From the IMG/VR virus record IMGVR_UViG_3300046535_001869, positions 32,001-96,000 of that record: a stretch of DNA of 64,000 nt. One strand, 5' to 3'. The DNA is from a virus. Both the position numbers and the translations under genes were made by a program. Below the pieces are notes generated by a model. That model worked only from the letters and a program-made list of their open reading frames with translations. It had not been told where the DNA came from and searched no databases. Positions 63,047 to 64,000 of the stretch are shown piece after piece (position 1 is the stretch's first letter; every line of letters begins with the position of its first letter).

Positions 63047-63252
63047 AATTGTTTTTCATTACTAGCGAGAACGAGATTACCGTTGAAGGTTACATGAAGG
63101 GTGACGACGGTACGGTCGCTCAATACCATGATGTCATCAAGCCCAAAGGTAATGTCTTCGATGTTCCTTATGAGGAACTATCGGTTCACAAGGCCGGCGA
63201 GATCGAAGTTAACGACGACGGCTATATAATTCATGCGTACACTGATGCTTGA
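63043..63252 (+). CDS. small acidic hypothetical protein
   Basis: GTGA coupling to the peptidase gene. Confidence 0.6.
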   Translation: MKLFFITSENEITVEGYMKGDDGTVAQYHDVIKPKGNVFDVPYEELSVHKAGEIEVNDDGYIIHAYTDA

Positions 63253-63787
63253 TTCCATCCTCAACCACCCCCGCTACGCCCCTTACCACGGCTGGCACGA
63301 CGATCACCGCGCCGCCGATGGCACCCCGGCCTATCTCCCAGCGATGCAGCAGGTCCGCGAGGAGTTCATCGAGTTCCTGCGCGTCGTCCCCGAGCGTGGC
63401 TCGTGCCTACAGCTCGGCCTGGGCGAGTGCGACGCCTCCCACGCCGTTTGGTGCAGCCTGTTCGCCCACGTCGTGACGATTGACTGGCGCGCGTGCTTGG
63501 TTAACGAGGATAGCTACCCAGGCGCCGATACACGATCGCGTGAGGCAATCACCCTGGCCGTACGCTACGCGCCGTATGACCTAGTCTTCATCGACGCTGG
63601 TCACTCGTTCGTCGACGTCCAGCACGACTACCTCCACTACCGCGAGATGCTGCGCCCCGGCGGGATCGTCGCGCTTCACGACGCGCTGCCGCGCCCGACC
63701 TACCCCGAGGTCGAGGTCCATAAGCTCATCGCGATGCTGCCCGGCGTCAAGATTATCGGAAATGAGGTGGGGATAGCCTGGTTATGA
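63245..63787 (+). CDS. class I SAM-dependent methyltransferase (Methyltransf_24-like)
   Basis: LQLG, VTID, DLVFIDAGHS...D...LRPGGIVALHD. Confidence 0.8.
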   Translation: MLDSILNHPRYAPYHGWHDDHRAADGTPAYLPAMQQVREEFIEFLRVVPERGSCLQLGLGECDASHAVWCSLFAHVVTIDWRACLVNEDSYPGADTRSREAITLAVRYAPYDLVFIDAGHSFVDVQHDYLHYREMLRPGGIVALHDALPRPTYPEVEVHKLIAMLPGVKIIGNEVGIAWL

Positions 63788-63945
63788 TCATCGAGATCCT
63801 GTTTGTCGTTACCATGTTCCTGTGGTTCCTGACGAGGGTGCCGCATCCGTCGATCGCTCAGTTCGAGCCAGCTGGTGGCTACCTCGCGTTCGTCGCGGTC
63901 CTCCTCCTGGGCATCGCGGTCTATATGCCAGGACTGGGTCGCTGA
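63784..63945 (+). CDS. 53 aa 2-TM membrane protein (not in the ORF track)
   Basis: MIIEILFVVTMFLWFL...GGYLAFVAVLLLGIAVYM; ATGA coupling. Confidence 0.6.
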   Translation: MIIEILFVVTMFLWFLTRVPHPSIAQFEPAGGYLAFVAVLLLGIAVYMPGLGR

Positions 63946-64000
63946 TCCGCCTCGTCTCCCTCGGCGGCACCGGCGACGCGTACCTCATCTGCGCGCTGGC

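Noticed and set aside
1-64000. tRNA/rRNA genes, integrase or prophage boundaries
   Set aside because: No cloverleaf or T-loop consensus, rRNA-like sequence, recombinase or host housekeeping synteny was noticed. A tRNAscan-SE run would be needed to exclude tRNAs formally.

Overview
This 64 kb window is part of a GC-rich tailed dsDNA phage genome. The host is probably alphaproteobacterial (inference from a GcrA-like HTH and the NrdJ type), and no integrase or host genes are visible. Layout: (i) 1-1.2 kb, the end of a + strand late operon of small membrane genes and its terminator. (ii) 1.2-54 kb, a long - strand early/middle arm driven by 11 copies of one promoter (TTTACT-N17/18-[-10]). It contains a UvrD helicase and about 70 small genes. 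Seven nucleotide-sugar enzymes are scattered through it: SDR epimerase, HddC-like nucleotidyltransferase, HddA-like kinase, B12 radical SAM, ColD/RfbH-like PLP dehydratase, and TPP E1-alpha and E1-beta. It also carries class II RNR, DHH phosphoesterase, MazG, ThyX, family A DNA polymerase, a clamp-like protein, a 7-deazaguanine cluster (queD, queC, PRTase-folE fusion, NDT-like, dpdA-like, queE), SSB, SNF2 helicase and a primase-helicase. (iii) An AT-rich region with TGTAACA repeats at about 54.1-54.4 kb, a likely origin. (iv) A + strand late arm: NusG-like regulator, terS, terL, Fe/2OG dioxygenase, a DUF1073-type portal fused in frame to a type IB topoisomerase domain, an HEXXH metallopeptidase and a methyltransferase. 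The portal fusion and the peptidase share a W-x-E-x-x-HPR...GEF tag. The most notable observations are the portal-TopIB/HPR-tag cargo module, the dispersed branched-deoxysugar pathway, the PRTase-FolE/NDT additions to the deazaguanine cluster and a riboswitch-like queC leader. All calls come from reading motifs by eye; no database searches were run.
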